Below, in pieces: positions 25,309 to 38,500 of a stretch of 64,000 nucleotides of DNA. Location: NCBI GenBank assembly GCA_965153455.1, contig OZ234493.1, positions 33,780,213 to 33,844,212 on the forward strand, given 5' to 3'. Both the position numbers and the translations under genes were made by a program. How positions within the stretch are numbered: the stretch's first letter is position 1; each line of letters starts with the position of its first letter. The DNA comes from Sphagnum compactum. Taxonomy: Eukaryota. The notes below the pieces were generated by a model that saw nothing but the letters and a program-made list of their open reading frames with translations, was not told where the DNA came from and searched no databases.

Positions 25309-26165
25309 CTAGTGGGTAACCCGTGGCCACGCCACTCCAGCCACCCAGGATTCCAGAATTTAGAATTTAGTGTCAAAATTTTGTTAATTTTCCCAAAATT
25401 ATAATACTCACTCTCCCATCCATGTTCAACATATCAAAACAAAAAAAACCCTGACCCCTTCCCTAACCACTCAACAATGAAAAAAAAAATTTGAGAAAAA
25501 ACTTAACCCCCTTCCCCTCCTCCTTTCACATGTTAAATGAAGGACGAAAAAAAAAAAACATTAACTTGTACCCCCCCTCCCCCTCAAGAGTAAAATAAAT
25601 TAAAAAAAAAAATCAAGGCGCACCCCCTCCCCCTAAACAATGAATAAATATAAGAAAGAGGATGGAGAAAGGAAAATAAAAATAAAAATTGCAACCTAAC
25701 TTTAAACCCACCTTGAACGAAAAATTAAAAAATCTTTCATAACATTACACCCCCCACCCCCCCTCTTAATTCAATTTAACTAAGATTGAATTAGTAAAAC
25801 CAACCCCACCCCCCATAATGGATTAAAAAATAAATCAACCCCCTCCCCTCCCCCTTCAGCAAATTAAAAGAAAAAGAACCTTGACTCCCCTTCCCTCACC
25901 CCTAACCCAATTAGGTTTTAAGAAAAAAAAAAAAAAACTAACCCTCCCCTCCCCTTTTCCCCCTTTCCATAAGTCAAATAAAAAAGAAAAAAAACATTAA
26001 CCTCCACCCCCCTCCCCCTCAACAGTAAAAAAAAAATTTGATGAAAAAATGAAGGTGCACCCCTTCCCCCTAACTGCCGCCGGTTTCGCCGTAATGTTAA
26101 AACACAGAACGTCTTATGACACACAAACAGACGGACACACACCACTGTAGCTTTTATATATAGGA
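25309..26165 (-). mobile_element. Non-autonomous Helitron
   Basis: Minus strand begins A|TCCTATATATAAAAGC and ends ...GTGGCGTGGCCACGGGTTACCCACTAG|T. This gives a 5' TC, a 3' hairpin (GTGGC/GCCAC) plus CTAG, and insertion between A and T. Internal duplication about 25445-25635 vs 25875-26075. Confidence 0.85.
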
Positions 26166-27167
26166 TGGTAAATTATTCCCAAATTTTTGGAAATGTTGGA
26201 GTTCCATAAGTCTTGAAATTTTTAGCAATTGTGCCATGTGAACAACATTTAAAAAACCTTCAATAAGACCCAATGTCATCTGAAAATAATGATTTAAACC
26301 AACATTTAAAAATCCTTCATCAATTCTACCTAATGTAATATCAACAATTTTGATTTGAACATGATTAGACCTTTTGAAGTATGTCTTAATTGGTGAGGAT
26401 TATTTGATAAATTTTGCTTTTACTCTTCATGCTCTTAACATGCTAGCCTACTTTATTGTATCTCTCATCTAGATATCATCCATTAAAATCAAGATCAATC
26501 AATTTGGACATGTTTTGATATTTAAACACCTTTTTGACCATTTGACGCATATCAATTCCATAAAATGTGAATGTATATTGCTCAAATGGTGGTGTATGGC
26601 TTCCTTTGATTCTCACTTATTCCAATTTTTTTGGTTGAATATATATATATTTTTTATTCATGCTATGCCTTTGACTTGTTTTTCAAGATTGGGTGGTACC
26701 ACATTGCATTTTCATCTAATTTGATCAATTAAACTTAATTTATTTTTAAAGCACTTAAACAATTAGGGTCTTCACTTTTTTTTAATAAATACATTAACGA
26801 GGTTGTATAAAATTGAAACTTTTATGAAGTAAAAAATATTTTGAATTTTGATGTTCCTAATCATTTCCTAACCAAAAAGTTTTAGGAAAATAACATTGGT
26901 TATGTTCTTTGAATTTTTTGGTCAAAAACACTTTTGATACATATTTTGGGGGTTTTGTTAAAATATATAATTCTCAAAGGTACTTGAGATGGTATTTTAA
27001 AAATAAATTATTAAGTAATTTTTTTATTAAATATAATTTAGTTATGAATTTTCAAAGTTCAAATTTGTAGAAATTAAGAATACAATTTTGTAATCATGAT
27101 TTTAATTTATTTTCATTTCAATAAAAAATTAAGACTTATATTTTGGCATGCAATGGATAAACATGAG

Positions 27168-27217
<50 letters not shown>

Positions 27218-27539
27218 TAAAAAATAAAACCCAAAAAAATTATTTGATCAATTTTCATTCCTTAACCATTCATTGAGTTGATTCTTTATGATACCACCCA
27301 ATCATACTTTCATCCTTTTATTATATATATATTTTAAAAAGCCAAAGGTTAATTTGTCATAATAAAATGATTTTGAGAAGGTTCACACATGTTACTTATG
27401 GTATCCAAAAACACCTAAAGCAATTACTTGAGAAATTTGCCATCAAAAGTGGGTAATGTCACAAATGTCATCCATAGTGTGTTGTTGAGTGTGGGGGAAT
27501 TATATTCAAGTGGCAAATAATAATTGTTTTTGTTTTCAA

Positions 27540-28419
27540 GTTTTTGAAGGGCTTTGGCAATGGTGGGCTTGGTAAGAAACTCTTGTGGAAGTTTTGTGGA
27601 TTGAAGAATGTTGATGATAAAAGACTTTCCAAGTCTTTCTTTTCATTGTTGTTTCGGTTTTGGGGAATATGTATGTAGAAACTAAAAGGTTGTAGTGGTT
27701 TGAAGCTACAATTGGGTTTTTTCTAGGAATCGTTTGAGACTGTTTAGGAAGAATGTCTACATTGATGTTCTTGGGATGAGTATTTTTCTTACTCAATTTT
27801 CTTTTGTTGGCATCTTGGAGTTTGGAGAATAGTTAGGCCTAGTGTAGAAACATGAATAGAGTAGTGGTTCTAATGTGGAGATGAAGAAATATAGGGGATT
27901 AATGAACTTATTTGAATTATAGGTTTCAATCTTTCAAGGTTGGGATATGGGGAGGGGATTTTGAGAAATATGTAGATGGGAACAAAGACCCAAGGTTGGG
28001 ATTTCCAAAAGAAGATCTGTTTCATCACTTTTGTGACTAGGGGAAGGGGGGTATTTTTTAATGGTTATTGGTGATTGAACCTTTTTTGTTTAAACTTCTT
28101 AAAAAGATTTGTTGGGACATTCTAAGTTGTGAGGAGAAGAATATTATCATACTTATGCCAAAGTAAGACAAAAATAGTTCAAGATAGGTTGTTTGGAGGG
28201 ATTGAATTAATCTAGATTTGTAAAATAAACATGTGTTTTTGTTGGTCTAACCTCTTTGATTAAGGTAGGATAACATTTTTTTTGGTTAGCCATTTACTAT
28301 ATGGAATGAATGTGTATCAAACAACAATAATTTGAGACTTAAATTATTCCTTTTGATAGTGAAGGAGTGTGTTGGAACTGTCTATCGATAACATTAAGGC
28401 TATGAATTGTGCAAGGTGA
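27540..28419 (-). pseudogene. Possible degenerate LINE ORF2 (post-endonuclease linker) fragment, interrupted by CACTA element 3
   Basis: Minus strand is A/C-rich with broken Lys/Asn/Pro/Ile-rich frames typical of LINE ORF2 linkers. No diagnostic motif seen. Confidence 0.25.
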
Positions 28420-30182
28420 CACTATAAGAAAAAATGGTGTTTTGCAACTGGCCTTGCAACTCATTATATTTATATGGTATGAGTGTTAACGGACAAGTTG
28501 TATGAATTATAAAGTTATAATTCACCGTATATACGGTGCAACTCATTGTAACTCAATTGCAATTTAGTCAAAACAACTCATTTTCAACTACTATGCAACT
28601 CCATTATAATTGCACCCATGATGTCATGTTGACATCATTAATTGTCATACATTTATTAAAATCTAACACCTGGCATTATGAAGATTTTTGGAGATAATGT
28701 TTTTTGAAATATTGATTTCCATTGTCCGTTATGATTGTTAATGATGGTTTGAGATTGTGACACGTGGCACAATAAATGTTTTCCACATGGCATATTAATT
28801 GTATTTTGGAAAAAATAAAATAAAATTTAGTAACTAAGCATGCCTTAAAACCAACATACCTACATATTTATTTAGGACCTACCTACCTACCTACCTACCT
28901 AGGTAGAAAAATAAGACCTATTTACTTACCTAAGTAGGTAAGTAGGTAGGAAAGCACAAAATTAAGTGCACTAAAGAATAACCATGCAATTTTATTTTTT
29001 ATTCTATGTTTTGCCTTTAGGTTAAGCTTTTTTAAGCTCATCCCAAAATGACACATATAATTTAATGTGAAAACATAAGAGAACAAACCTTCTTTATATA
29101 ATTTGTAACATGAGATTCAAAGACAAAACATATGGGTTAAATCTTTTAGTTCTTCATTAATTGCAAATTGAGTTGCAACTACATAACACTTAAATGCTCA
29201 AATCAAGCTAGATCCAAAGGGAAGGCTTCATTGTTTATGGTGTTTAAACAAAACTTGAATCCCTCCTATTGGCGTATCTAGTGCATTAAAAATTTGTCAA
29301 AAATGGAATAAAATTGAGAAAGTTATGGCCCCTCAAAGTAGAGGGGGTCAAGAACTCAAAAAAACAAACCACCAAATGCTACAAAAACTGGTCCCAAACA
29401 CCAACAAAATTCCTTGTATGTTGCTTTATTGTTATTGGCATTCAAAGATGATTTGTAGAACTTCAAGTGGCACTCCTATAACACTTTAAATCATTAAAAT
29501 GAATAAGAAATAAGAAAGTTATGAGGTTTGAAAGTAGGAGGGGTCCAAGAAGAAAAAAACGAAAAAAAATGTGTTTTGTAAGTTGGAAAACTTATTTTTC
29601 TTATTATTTTTTCATTCCTCATTTTCCTTTGCATTTCAAAGATGATTTCTAGAACTTGAGGTAGTGTTCCCATAACATTTTAAATCACTCAAAATGAAAC
29701 ACATATGATGAAAATATGAATAATTGATGAATATGTATCTTTATTAAGTTATAAATCGTAACATAATCATAACATAGTTGAATAGTATTAATACTTTACT
29801 AGTGCCGCACTAGTGTCCATATTAATTATATCAATGGGAATCATAATCGAAAACTAGTTGCAAATGTATCCTATAATGGGTGGTGGAAATGTGAACATGT
29901 GGCATAATCACATGTATGTATATTGTACATTAATTGCAACATAGTTGTTGTTGTAGTGACACATTTATAATAATTCTTTAGTAGTTGCCACATGCAACTA
30001 TACTACAATTAATTGATTTTCTAATGTGGTAATTTATTTATTAATACATCGTATTTCTAAAGCGATAATTGCACAATGGTTGTAATACCCAAGGGATAGT
30101 TGTATAACAGTTGTATATAAGTTGTTTTTTGAGTTTTAATTACAGGGTATTGTGGTTTCAGCAAATGCAATTTTTCATAGTG
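28420..30182. mobile_element. Non-autonomous CACTA element 3
   Basis: CACTATAAGAAAAA ... TTTTTCATAGTG with a perfect 3-bp TSD TGA (28417-28419 / 30183-30185). Subterminal GCAACT/AGTTG(C/T) repeats. Confidence 0.9.
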
Positions 30183-30477
30183 TGAGGTTCAATCAAAAGG
30201 TTAGAATTTAGGTTTAAATGCTACAATGGGTTTTGATCAGTGCGGAGCAGTTCTCAAGAAGTGACCCAGTTTTTAAATTGATTTTTAATGTAATTCTCAC
30301 TATGAGCGACTACCAAAATTAATGATGATGGGGGTGAAAACCAACCTCCTTAGTTTTCGCATTCATGTGTGAAAATAATTTTAAGAATCACACACCCCTT
30401 TCCCCCATATTTTTTTGAGTTTTTTTGAAGTTGGGATGGGTTTTCTCATAGAACCCCATTTCGTCTTTAGGGCAGTG

Positions 30478-31275
30478 TAGGGTGAAAGCACATTATAGTG
30501 TCCTCTGGGGCACTCTTGGGTTTAATATTATAATACATACAATATAATTGTTCCAAAAGCATGGTACATTTAATTTTGAGTATCAATTTTGATTTTTGGA
30601 CCCTACAACAATTATTTTTACAAAACTAATGTTATTTAGTATTATTTACAATAGTAATAAATTTCATTTTCTATATTGAAGGATCCATGAATATATTTAT
30701 AATATACATTGGTATAATAAAACCATAGTCTCATTTTGATTACATTAACTTCATTAGTCATTAAAATAATCAATTTTAATGAAATTAAAAAAATGACCCA
30801 TATAACTATGCTTGTCATCTTCTATGTGGATGTGGTTTCTTGTCAAAATTTTAATTTACCATGCATTTATCGCATCTTTGCTGGAAAAATTCATTTTTTG
30901 AGATGAAAGTATAAAAATTAATCATAACATGGTATCCAAACATGGTTCATATTATGTGAAATGACTTGGTTCAATATAGCTCTAACTTTCATAAAGTCTA
31001 ACCATCATTTAAATAATTTTTGGAGTATATTTATGTTTTTGAGTACACAGGTACATTACATTCGTTTTCACAAATATACTCCAATCTCCCATTTTATATA
31101 ATGAAATGAAATAGTTTTTTTTCTAATATCTTGCCTATGTTATATTCTAACATAATATGAAAATTGTGAAAATATTTCAAAAGCTTGAGGTGGGATACAT
31201 TTAAACATGCACATCCCTAGAAAATGGTACAATGTGACACCACAAAGGGGGTCACTGTAGTGTGCTTTCACCTTG
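30478..31275. mobile_element. Tc1/mariner (Stowaway/pogo-like) MITE nested in the hAT element
   Basis: TIRs (T)AGGGTGAAAGCACATTATAGTGTCCTCT / AGGGGGTCACTGTAGTGTGCTTTCACCTTG followed by TA. Consensus TA|CAGGGTG terminus. Confidence 0.75.
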
Positions 31276-31461
31276 TATGTTAATTTAGGGCTTTAGGATT
31301 TTAGGGTTGAGGTTGGGAAATTTATGTTAAAAGTTAGGTTAAATGTTAAATGTGTAGCATTTATGCTGAAAAATAGGAGATAAAAGCCCCATGGCTCTTT
31401 TTTTCTCACCTTAGTGTCTTTGAGATTTGAATGATTGTTTCTGTGGTATGTGAAATAGTGA

Positions 31462-33060
31462 CAATACAAAGAATTTACAAATATACAATCAAATTTACAA
31501 CTCAATTTAAATTGTAATTATCACATGTGACTTGCTACAGTGCTTAGTCACCTTGGACAAGTCACATAAAATTTTAGTTGCAAAAGACAATACGTGGCAC
31601 CAAGTTGCAAAGGCATTTACATAAAAATGTGACTTACATGAACTTTTCATCCATCCAAACCAACTTATGTGGCATCATCATTTTGCGACTAATTTTACAA
31701 TTAAAAAATGTAGTCGCATTATTTATATTTGTTTAAATACTTATTATTTAAATATTAAAATAATAATAATAAATAGTTATATTATTGTTAATTTTATTGA
31801 ATTCACCCTATATTATTTTGACACATGTCATTACATAGACTAGGCTTCAAAAACTAATTTAGGTTGTTAGGTAGGCCACTTAGTTTATGTTGGCTATGTA
31901 AGTAAAGAATATTTGGTCAACATTCCAACATTGACCACAACCCATGCCATTCGTGAGGACTAAACCTTGAACCCCAAGGATGGAGATCAGCTCTTTTGCC
32001 CCCAAGCCACCTCACTTGTGAAAAAGAAGTAATGTGCATTTGAATTACCTATTTGATTTCAAACATTAATTACATAAAAAATTGATGTAAAAATAAATTA
32101 TATTTTTTCACATCTCAAACATCTATTTGATTTAAGAAATTATATTATACAATTTTTCTTATAATAGATCATAATTGTACCAACAAAATGTATTTAAATG
32201 TATGATATGAAATGGGTCATAAATTACTCTTACTACTTAGCATATTCAACAAATAAATTACATTGCCTACTTAATATAGTGATTAATTCAAAAAACATCA
32301 CAACATGATAAAATGTTTATTACTTAACCCACATACATATGACTTACGTGCTACTTACTACCTATCTTACTTATTGCCTATTTAGTACATTAATTGCATA
32401 GCCTACTAATTATTTAATTACACTTACTACCTAAACCCTAACCTATTTAATAAATAAATTACATAGCTTAATTGATTAAATAATTAATACAAGAACATTA
32501 TCACATATCAACAATATGATAAAATGTTTACTACTGAACCTTATTTCTACCATTAATTGCCATGGGTCCTTTGAAATTTTCACAAACCCACAAAACTTTA
32601 TTACACATTTAATGGTTAATTAGTGAAAAAAGTTAAGGGAAAACAATTAGACTAGTACATCTAGCAATTTCATTATCCAACTCATTTTTTTTTCACATTT
32701 GATTACATATGCATTTGCGATTGAAATTTATAGTTGCAAATCAAGTTGAAAAGATGCCACATGGTATCCAATGGCCTTTGAACCACCTTCCAAGTCGTAA
32801 AAACAACTACATTTTCATCTATTTTGGGATGCCACTAAAAATGGATGATATAAGTGTATTTTTTATTTTCATCCAAATCAACATTAGTCACAAGTATAAA
32901 CTGCATATGCAATTGCAAACCACTTTGTAATTGTTTATGTGGTTATTAGTTGTTTTTATCAAGTGCCAGAAAGGACACTCGTATCTAAAGTTGCAAAAAT
33001 GGTTGATTTCGACAAAAGTCACAAACGCATGGGTTGGAATGGACAAGATTCCTTATAGTG
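31462..33060. mobile_element. Non-autonomous CACTA element 4 nested in the hAT element
   Basis: Degenerate left TIR CAATACAAAGAAT vs right ATTCCTTATAGTG (10/13 match). Perfect TGA TSD (31459-31461 / 33061-33063). GTTGCA/GCGACT-type subterminal repeats. Confidence 0.8.
31954..32016 (-). ncRNA. Diverged tRNA-like cassette inside CACTA element 4
   Basis: Minus strand GTGAGGTGGCTTGGGGGCAAAAGAGC...GGGGTTCAAGGTTTAGTCCTCA. Weak A-box (TGGCTTGGGGG), with the same ...GGTTTAG(G)TCCTCA end as the element-1 copy. Confidence 0.4.
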
Positions 33061-34199
33061 TGAACTTCATGGCTTGTGAGCATTTTTGTTTGATTTTGTG
33101 GCTTATGAGTTTGAGGTTCACCATCGACCTTTCTTGTTATTGTTGCTTGTCGTCGCCATTAGCTACTATTGTTTTGCCATTGCCTTTTGTTGTTATTGTT
33201 AGTTTTCATTGCTACTCAATTCTTGCTTATCATCACTTATTATTGTTGCGATCATTGAATTTCAAGGTACTTACATTGCACCTTATCCCTTGTAATTATT
33301 ACTTGTTGTCACTTAGTGTTATTGCTTGTGTTAAGTATTAGGACCCTTTTAATGTTTTTGTTTTGTGCAAGAATTCAAATTAAAACAGACAAAGTGCATT
33401 CAACATTTGATGAATCATGACCTCAACAATAATAAACATATAAGTATTTTTTTTTTGTATTTCATTTTAATGTTTATTTTTTCCGTTTGTTTCTTGTTTT
33501 CTCTTCCAAAATGTTTTTCTTTTGGAAAAGTTTGTTTGTTTTTTAACACTTTTCTCTTTTTAAAAAAATATTAAAAATATTTTCTCTTGGAAAGTTTCTT
33601 AAAATAAAATAAAATAATGTTTATCCTTTTTTTCCCTTCTACAAATCCCAAATTTGTTTCCTATGTTTTATGGAAAGTTGTTTTTTTTTGGTTTGTTTAA
33701 ATTTTTTTTCCCCCTTTCAACAAATCATAGTTTTTTTTAGGTTTTTTTCATATTTTCACATGCTTTTTTTTGGTAGGGTGGAGAATATAAGTTCGAATTT
33801 TTTTTTTGGTGCATGTTTTATATTTTAAACTACTCTTATATATATATACACACATTCAAAATAGACATAAATCAATTTTGTAATTTTGCACTGTGGTGCT
33901 CAAGGAGAGAAATGTGAGTATTTTGTGAATGTGTTCAATATGGTAGATTTTTTTGCTTGTAAATTTTTATAGTAGTTTGGTAGTTTGTAAAGTTGTTTTT
34001 TTCTCTATTCAATAAGTAATAGTCTTTTGTGAAAACTAAACATGGAATAATCCTTTAAAAAATAAAATAGATTTTATATTTTCATGAATGAAGTAGTAAT
34101 GGAAGGTGAACCTTTGTAAGAAATTTTTAAAGAAAATCCAAATTTTCATTGAATAGAACTAACTTACTAAGCAAAAATCTAGAAAATGATGCAAAATTT

Positions 34200-35500
34200 A
34201 AAATGAAAAGAAAATTTGGAAACCACATAGTCAAATTACATTGTGTTGGCCATTTTTTATGTCAACAATCACAAAGATGTTGATGTTAAATCGCTTCAAA
34301 TCATGTGTTGTATCTTTTGTCATAACAATTTAATTTTAATTTCAAATCCATAAGTTTAAGCAAAAAATGATTTAATTTTATGTAATACATCAAATGGAAT
34401 AACTGCATTAAAAAACATGTGTTCGCAAACCATTCTATTTTTGCCAAAAAGTTTGAGGAGGAAATGCATATGAAAACTTAAGGGGATAAACAATTAACAA
34501 ATAATATAATTGGCAATGTTAATTTTAGTTTTTTATTGCAAAGGAACCTTTTAAGAAAGATGATGTGCAACATAAACAAGTTTTGGAGGATTTGGGGCTT
34601 TTAATTGTGAAAAGTCATTTGCTTTTGTAGTTTATGAAAAATGTATGGTTAAAGTGTTCTTGTATGCATTTATGTTTAAAAGTTGTTTTTCCTTTCAGAA
34701 AATAGTTTTCACAAGAAATGATATTTGGGTTAATGGGAAAACCTAAACAATTATATGTTTTGCTAGCCTTAGTAAACTGTGATTTGACAATTGTACATTT
34801 TGACCTTTGGATGCCAAAAGGTGCACATGATATCTTGGCACCAACGATAAATTTTCTAGGGGAACTTGATTAGCTATAACCTGCTAAAGCATACCATCCT
34901 TGGATTTTTTAAGGCCACAAATACTACTAGACATTGGCTTTAACCAAAAACTTGATTGAATTGTTGGACATATATGAATTAAGGAAGAAAATTCTTATTT
35001 ATGTGAAGGATGAAAAGTTTAACAAAAATATTATGATTGTAACACTAAAATTAGTTGTAAGCTATGGGGTGTTGAGTTTAGGAGAAAGTTTCTACAACTT
35101 AGATTTTTGAAATGGTAACCATCACTATTGAGTTGGCAAAGAACTTATGAATAAAGAGCTTTTAATTTTTAGGCAATATCACGTTGATGTTCAAAATATC
35201 AAATGTTATTTTCAATGGTGGGAAAAACATGATACTACGGTTTTTACAATTGGATTCCTTGCTTGTCAAATCTTGGACATGTTGGCTTATAAATTAAGAT
35301 AAAGAGATTTTTTTTTTGTCTAATTGGAATATTTACTAATTTAAGAAGATGTTGTTTGCAATTAGATAACTTTAAAAAATTGATTTTTGTGAACAAAAAA
35401 GGGTAGTTGCAAGTCCCCTTTAGCTTGGTAGAACTAATTGAGATCGATCGATTTAGAAAAGGAGTTTGAAGGGGTTTTTGAATGGGATGAAGTTGTGGAA
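34200..35500 (+). pseudogene. hAT transposase remnant (BED-finger-like N-terminus, catalytic D, C-terminal dimerisation domain)
   Basis: Fragments FWKPHSQITLCW...QIMCCIFCH; NGITALK.HV; KEPFKKDDVQHKQVLEDLGLLIVK; FDLWMPKGAHDI; FQWWEKH...LACQILD; GIFTNLRRCCLQLDNFKKLIFVNK. Frameshifts, stops and an internal deletion. Confidence 0.85.
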
Positions 35501-38500
35501 CTGTAGATTTTGAATAAAAAACATTGTTGCAAAATTTTCATTTTTAACGTTCAATTATTTTTTGAAGTGTCAAAAATATTCTTTTCTAATAAATTAAATT
35601 AAAGTTGATGACTGGGTTGTGAGAATTGGATGTGAAAATCATATATTATTGCATTTGTCAGAACTAGTATGTCTAAAAATTGGCTGAACATGAAAAACAA
35701 ATTTTGGTCTGGTTCTCATAATTCTGTATAATAACTGGAAGCAATTGGTTCTAAAAAAGAAGGTGAGAACCACCCAACATTGGTTCTAATTCAACTTCTG
35801 TATTGGACTTTGAAATAAACAAAAACAATTTGTGATTTTTTATGTATAGATAATTAATATTGAAAATAATGTGGATAGGAGAATATGGATATCAGATTAT
35901 TGTTGGAAATTTACAATTAAACTAACATTATATAATAGTATTTTTAATTGTTTTTCAATTTTGTGATGTAGTTGAGGTGGCCATGATCATCCATAAAATG
36001 ATCGAACCAAGTTTTACTACAAACAAAAAATGAAATTGAAATAAAAAAAGCATCCTTATGTATTTTTTGCTACCCTACTGGAACTTAATTTAAAAATATG
36101 GTGATTAAAAATGAGAATTCTGCCTCTGGTGACTGGAAAACCCCGAAAAAACACATTCTTGCATGTTGCCATTCTCAAAAAAACATTTCAAGACTTTGGA
36201 AGAATTTTGCTGCCTAAACAAAAAGAAAAACCCTTACATTACATAATTGTCACAGACAATATATTATTGTCACAAAAGAAGTCTAATATGTACTAGTTAC
36301 AAATGATTTACAACTAAAGTATTGAAGTGGCCTATAATCATCAAGTTGTACACTTGTCATGGGATTGTGACATTATCATAATTAGGGTTGTAAATGCTTG
36401 TTTTGGGTGTAATGGCACTTACTATTAAGAGGATAAAATGAAAATGAAAATCACCATTCACTAGGCTTCCTGCTTGCAACTTCCCTACCAAAGTAAAAAC
36501 ATAATTTATCCAGGGAACCAAAGAAATATTAGCTTGGCAAATAGTTATAAAATTTAATTAAATTATTAGAAAACCTTATTTTGAACTGATTTCATTTAAT
36601 TTTTTTTGTAAAAAATGTGAGTGGCAAGGTTTTTTTCCCCCAGATATAAGTGTTTTTTATGACATATGGGCCATGGCAGAGGGAAGAGGTTATCACTGAT
36701 CAGTCACACATGCTTAGCGACAATCGATCAAAGTTATTATTGTATAAAATGCTCATCATATTTGGGATCCAATTGAGTGACAACTGGATCTATGTTTGTG
36801 CGGTTTTAAGATTGTGAAAATCTATTCATGAGTTGTGAGAGTTGAAATGCAATTCCAGGAATTATACCACTAGTGAAATTTCGTCTTCAATGGTAATGTA
36901 CCAAATCACAATGCTGAATACTTTGTACTAATGGCTCAAGACTAATGGTTTGCACAAGCACTGATTAATTCAGTATGTACACCTTGTGAAATTGTTTTAG
37001 CACTTCATGATTAGATGTTTATATCCAAACATCAACATGAAACAAAAAAATTTATCCTTAATTTACTCCGTAATCAAACCCATCTACCTAAAAGGTAGGC
37101 AACTTAGATATATACACCTAACTTCCTAAATCTGAAATTCAAGTCCTCACATTAATTAGAGCACATGGAATTCAAGGAAATTATGTTTAGACTTATTTGG
37201 GAAGTTTATGAGGAAGAACTTAAGTTTAAGAACAGTACCCTCGTTATGTTTACACACTTTAATATCTGCCTTTTTTCCTTCTCAAGGTGCTACTTAACTG
37301 TACCCTAATTTCACCTGGAATGAATTAATAAGAACCACAAAAAGTGGTTTGATAATAAAGTATTACAAAGAGGTTTCTTAAAGTCTAGATAAAGCAGATG
37401 GGGAAATTTCATAAGTGTATTTGGAGGCCACATTAATAATACCTCCTCAAAATTAGGAGGAGGCACCTTACACCTAGAGGTACTAATTAAGGAACTACGA
37501 GAATTTTTCTAGTGAATGTGCACTGTGGAGGGTGCCTTACACCTAAGTAAGACTCCTCGTTTTGAGGAACCAAGTATGTGTAAGTAAGTTGCCATGTTTC
37601 CTCCCAAATAGAATCACCACCCTCTGTTTTAAAAGCAAAGGACCTTGAAGGGGGCAGTTTTGGGAATTTGGGTTTCACTCTAGGCTCGTGCCTTGTGCCC
37701 AGCCAGCGTTCCCAAAACAGTTCTGTTCTTGGTCCTTACCCTATTGAAGAAGGCCTCTTGTAGGTGGAAGTTGCCTCCTATTTTAGTAGGTGCAAGAGGC
37801 CTCTTGTAGGCATAAGGTGCCTTTTGGCTCCTACCTAGACCACCTTCTATTCCACTTATGTTTAGGTTTAAATGATAAGGTTCTCCTGGGGCTTTATGAT
37901 GATGGGGTAAGGTCCATGTGGGTGGGGGTCATTCCTAAAATAAAGGGCTTAGGATGACCCTGCACCCTGGCCCTTACCTAGACACAAAAGTGGATAGACT
38001 AGATGTGTTTGAGATGGCCCTTTAGTCTACCCTTCATATCATAATCCATGTGGAATTCTTGGACAAAGCCCAGTTCCAGAGAAATTTGTCCAGATTCCAA
38101 TAGTCTTGGCCTATGTATATATATCATAGGCCAAGAGTTCTATTGCCTTAGCTTGCTCTAGGTGAAGATCCAAGGGAGTCCTGAAATTGGCGGGACTGAA
38201 ACACTCTTCTCCGGCCAGTCCTGAGGAGACCAAGCCTTCCCTTGAGGTTAATTAGTTCCGTAGTAGTTCCCTTCAAGAAGCTACAGTGGGTTCTAGTTGA
38301 TCTCTCCTGCAACAACTCTGATTTAGAATTCCAAATGCTACAAATTTCACCATGTAGTGATCGTATATAAGGAGATCTCCATAAGTGTGGGCTCATTATA
38401 TATGTGTGTGTGTGTGTGTGTTTGTGTTCAGATCATCCACAAAATGGACAATGATCAAATCCATCAAATTCACTTGAAAAACAGACATTTTTCAGCTCTG

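Larger units (their letters stand above)
30238..35782 (+). mobile_element. Decayed hAT DNA transposon with nested insertions
   Basis: TIRs CAGTGCGGAGCAGTTCTCA / TGAGAACCACCCAACATTG. 8-bp TSD-like flanks GTTTTGAT / GTTCTAAT (6/8 match). Contains a hAT transposase remnant. Confidence 0.85.
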
